Below are positions 31,232 through 32,000 of a DNA stretch of 32,000 nucleotides, piece by piece. A program made the position numbers and the translations under genes. The stretch is from contig JAUSQI010000125.1 of the NCBI GenBank assembly GCA_030652575.1, forward strand, positions 19,240 to 51,239. The letters run 5' to 3'. Source of the stretch: Stagnimonas sp. Lineage in GTDB: Bacteria > Pseudomonadota > Gammaproteobacteria > Nevskiales > Nevskiaceae. Position 1 is the stretch's first letter, and each line of letters starts with the position of its first letter. Below the pieces are notes generated by a model, which was not told the DNA's origin, made no database searches, and was given only the letters and a program-made list of their open reading frames with translations.

Positions 31232-32000
31232 ATGAGCTATCAATCACCGTGGATGGATGCCGACCTCGCACTGTTCCGCGACAACGTCCGGAAGTTCATC
31301 GCCAACGAGATCACCCCTCACGAAGAGCGCTGGGACGGACAACAGCATGTTGATCGGGGACTATGGAACAAGGCTGGTGCTGCCGGTCTGCTTTGCACGG
31401 ACGTGCCTGAGCAATATGGTGGATCCGGCGCTCACTTTGCCTATGAGGCAGTGATTCTCGAAGAGCAGGCGCGTGCTGGCAACACCAGCTGGGCGAAGGG
31501 CGTTCACGAGATTGTTGTGCATTACATTCTCGGCTACGGCACTGAAGAGCAGAAAGCTCGTTGGCTGCCGAAGCTCGCCTCCGGCGAGATGGTGGGTGCG
31601 ATCGCCATGACTGAACCTGGAACGGGCTCGGATCTGCAGGCGGTGCGCACCCGCGCCGAGCGGGAGGGCGACTTCTTCCGTATCAACGGTGCGAAAACGT
31701 TCATCTCCAACGGCCTTCACTGCGACCTGTTGATCATCGTCTGCAAGACAGATCCCGGCGAAACAGGCAAGGGTATATCCCTGATCGTTGCCGAGACCCG
31801 GAACTTGAAGGGCTTCAAACGCGGCCGCTTGTTGCACAAGCTGGGACAGAAAGGACAGGACACTGCCGAGCTGTTCTTCGAAGACATGCTGGTTCCAGCC
31901 GAGAACCTGCTGGGAGGACGCGAGTCACAGGGCTTTGTTCAACTCATGAAGCAACTGCCCCGTGAGCGGCTGATCATCGGCATCGGTGCTATTGCCGCTG
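31232..32000 (+). CDS. acyl-CoA dehydrogenase, C-terminus cut by window edge
   Basis: My translation from ATG 31232 reads MSYQSPWMDADLALFRDNVRKFI...GAIAMTEPGTGSDLQAVRTRAEREGD.F.INGAKTFISNG...GQKGQDTAELFFEDMLVP. These are classic ACAD N-terminal and middle-domain motifs. It is absent from the ORF track because there is no stop in the window. Confidence 0.9.
   Translation, partial: MSYQSPWMDADLALFRDNVRKFIANEITPHEERWDGQQHVDRGLWNKAGAAGLLCTDVPEQYGGSGAHFAYEAVILEEQARAGNTSWAKGVHEIVVHYILGYGTEEQKARWLPKLASGEMVGAIAMTEPGTGSDLQAVRTRAEREGDFFRINGAKTFISNGLHCDLLIIVCKTDPGETGKGISLIVAETRNLKGFKRGRLLHKLGQKGQDTAELFFEDMLVPAENLLGGRESQGFVQLMKQLPRERLIIGIGAIAA

Noticed and set aside
1-32000. CRISPR arrays, tRNA/rRNA genes, prophage or integron structures.
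   Set aside because: The following were all absent:
- regularly spaced direct repeats;
- cloverleaf-compatible or rRNA-like segments;
- an integrase gene;
- attC-like sites.

The only mobile signature is the IS3 relic at ~1510-1833.

Overview
GC-rich proteobacterial chromosome segment. Its gene content looks like a gammaproteobacterial hydrocarbon or lipid degrader, but the organism cannot be identified from sequence alone.

- **1-1833:** the edge of a mobile or defence-type region. It holds a GIY-YIG/T5orf172-type nuclease gene that runs off the window, a translationally coupled small ORF, and a 5'-truncated IS3-family transposase remnant with its right inverted repeat.
- **1984-9026:** lipid-related genes. 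These are an alpha/beta hydrolase with a tandem hot-dog thioesterase, an OmpA-family protein, and a GMC (AlkJ-like) oxidoreductase / DUF6122-like membrane protein / WS-DGAT wax-ester synthase operon.
- **9060-24724:** an unbroken run of 14 minus-strand genes. In transcription order they are copper membrane monooxygenase pmoC-pmoA-pmoB, a PmoD-like protein, copC, a copD::cytochrome c fusion, a His-rich DUF4399-like periplasmic protein, an oversized DUF1302 outer-membrane barrel, a complete Vibrio TonB2-type motor (DUF3450/TtpB-like, TtpC-like, ExbB, ExbD, TonB), and a TPR (TtpD-like)::DUF1329 fusion.
- **25023-32000 (+):** acyl-CoA synthetase and aldehyde dehydrogenase, then a double intrinsic terminator. 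After that come an SCP-x-type thiolase, a split MaoC hydratase, an SDR and an acyl-CoA dehydrogenase, which together form an R-specific beta-oxidation set.

No rRNA, tRNA or CRISPR array was seen.

The most unusual signal is the physical coupling of a CuMMO/copper-handling operon to a DUF1302/DUF1329 pair. That pair is split by a TonB2-type motor and, through the TPR::DUF1329 fusion, welded to it. I propose this as a candidate TonB-energised outer-membrane uptake system serving the monooxygenase.

All family assignments come from reading motifs in the translations. No database search was run.
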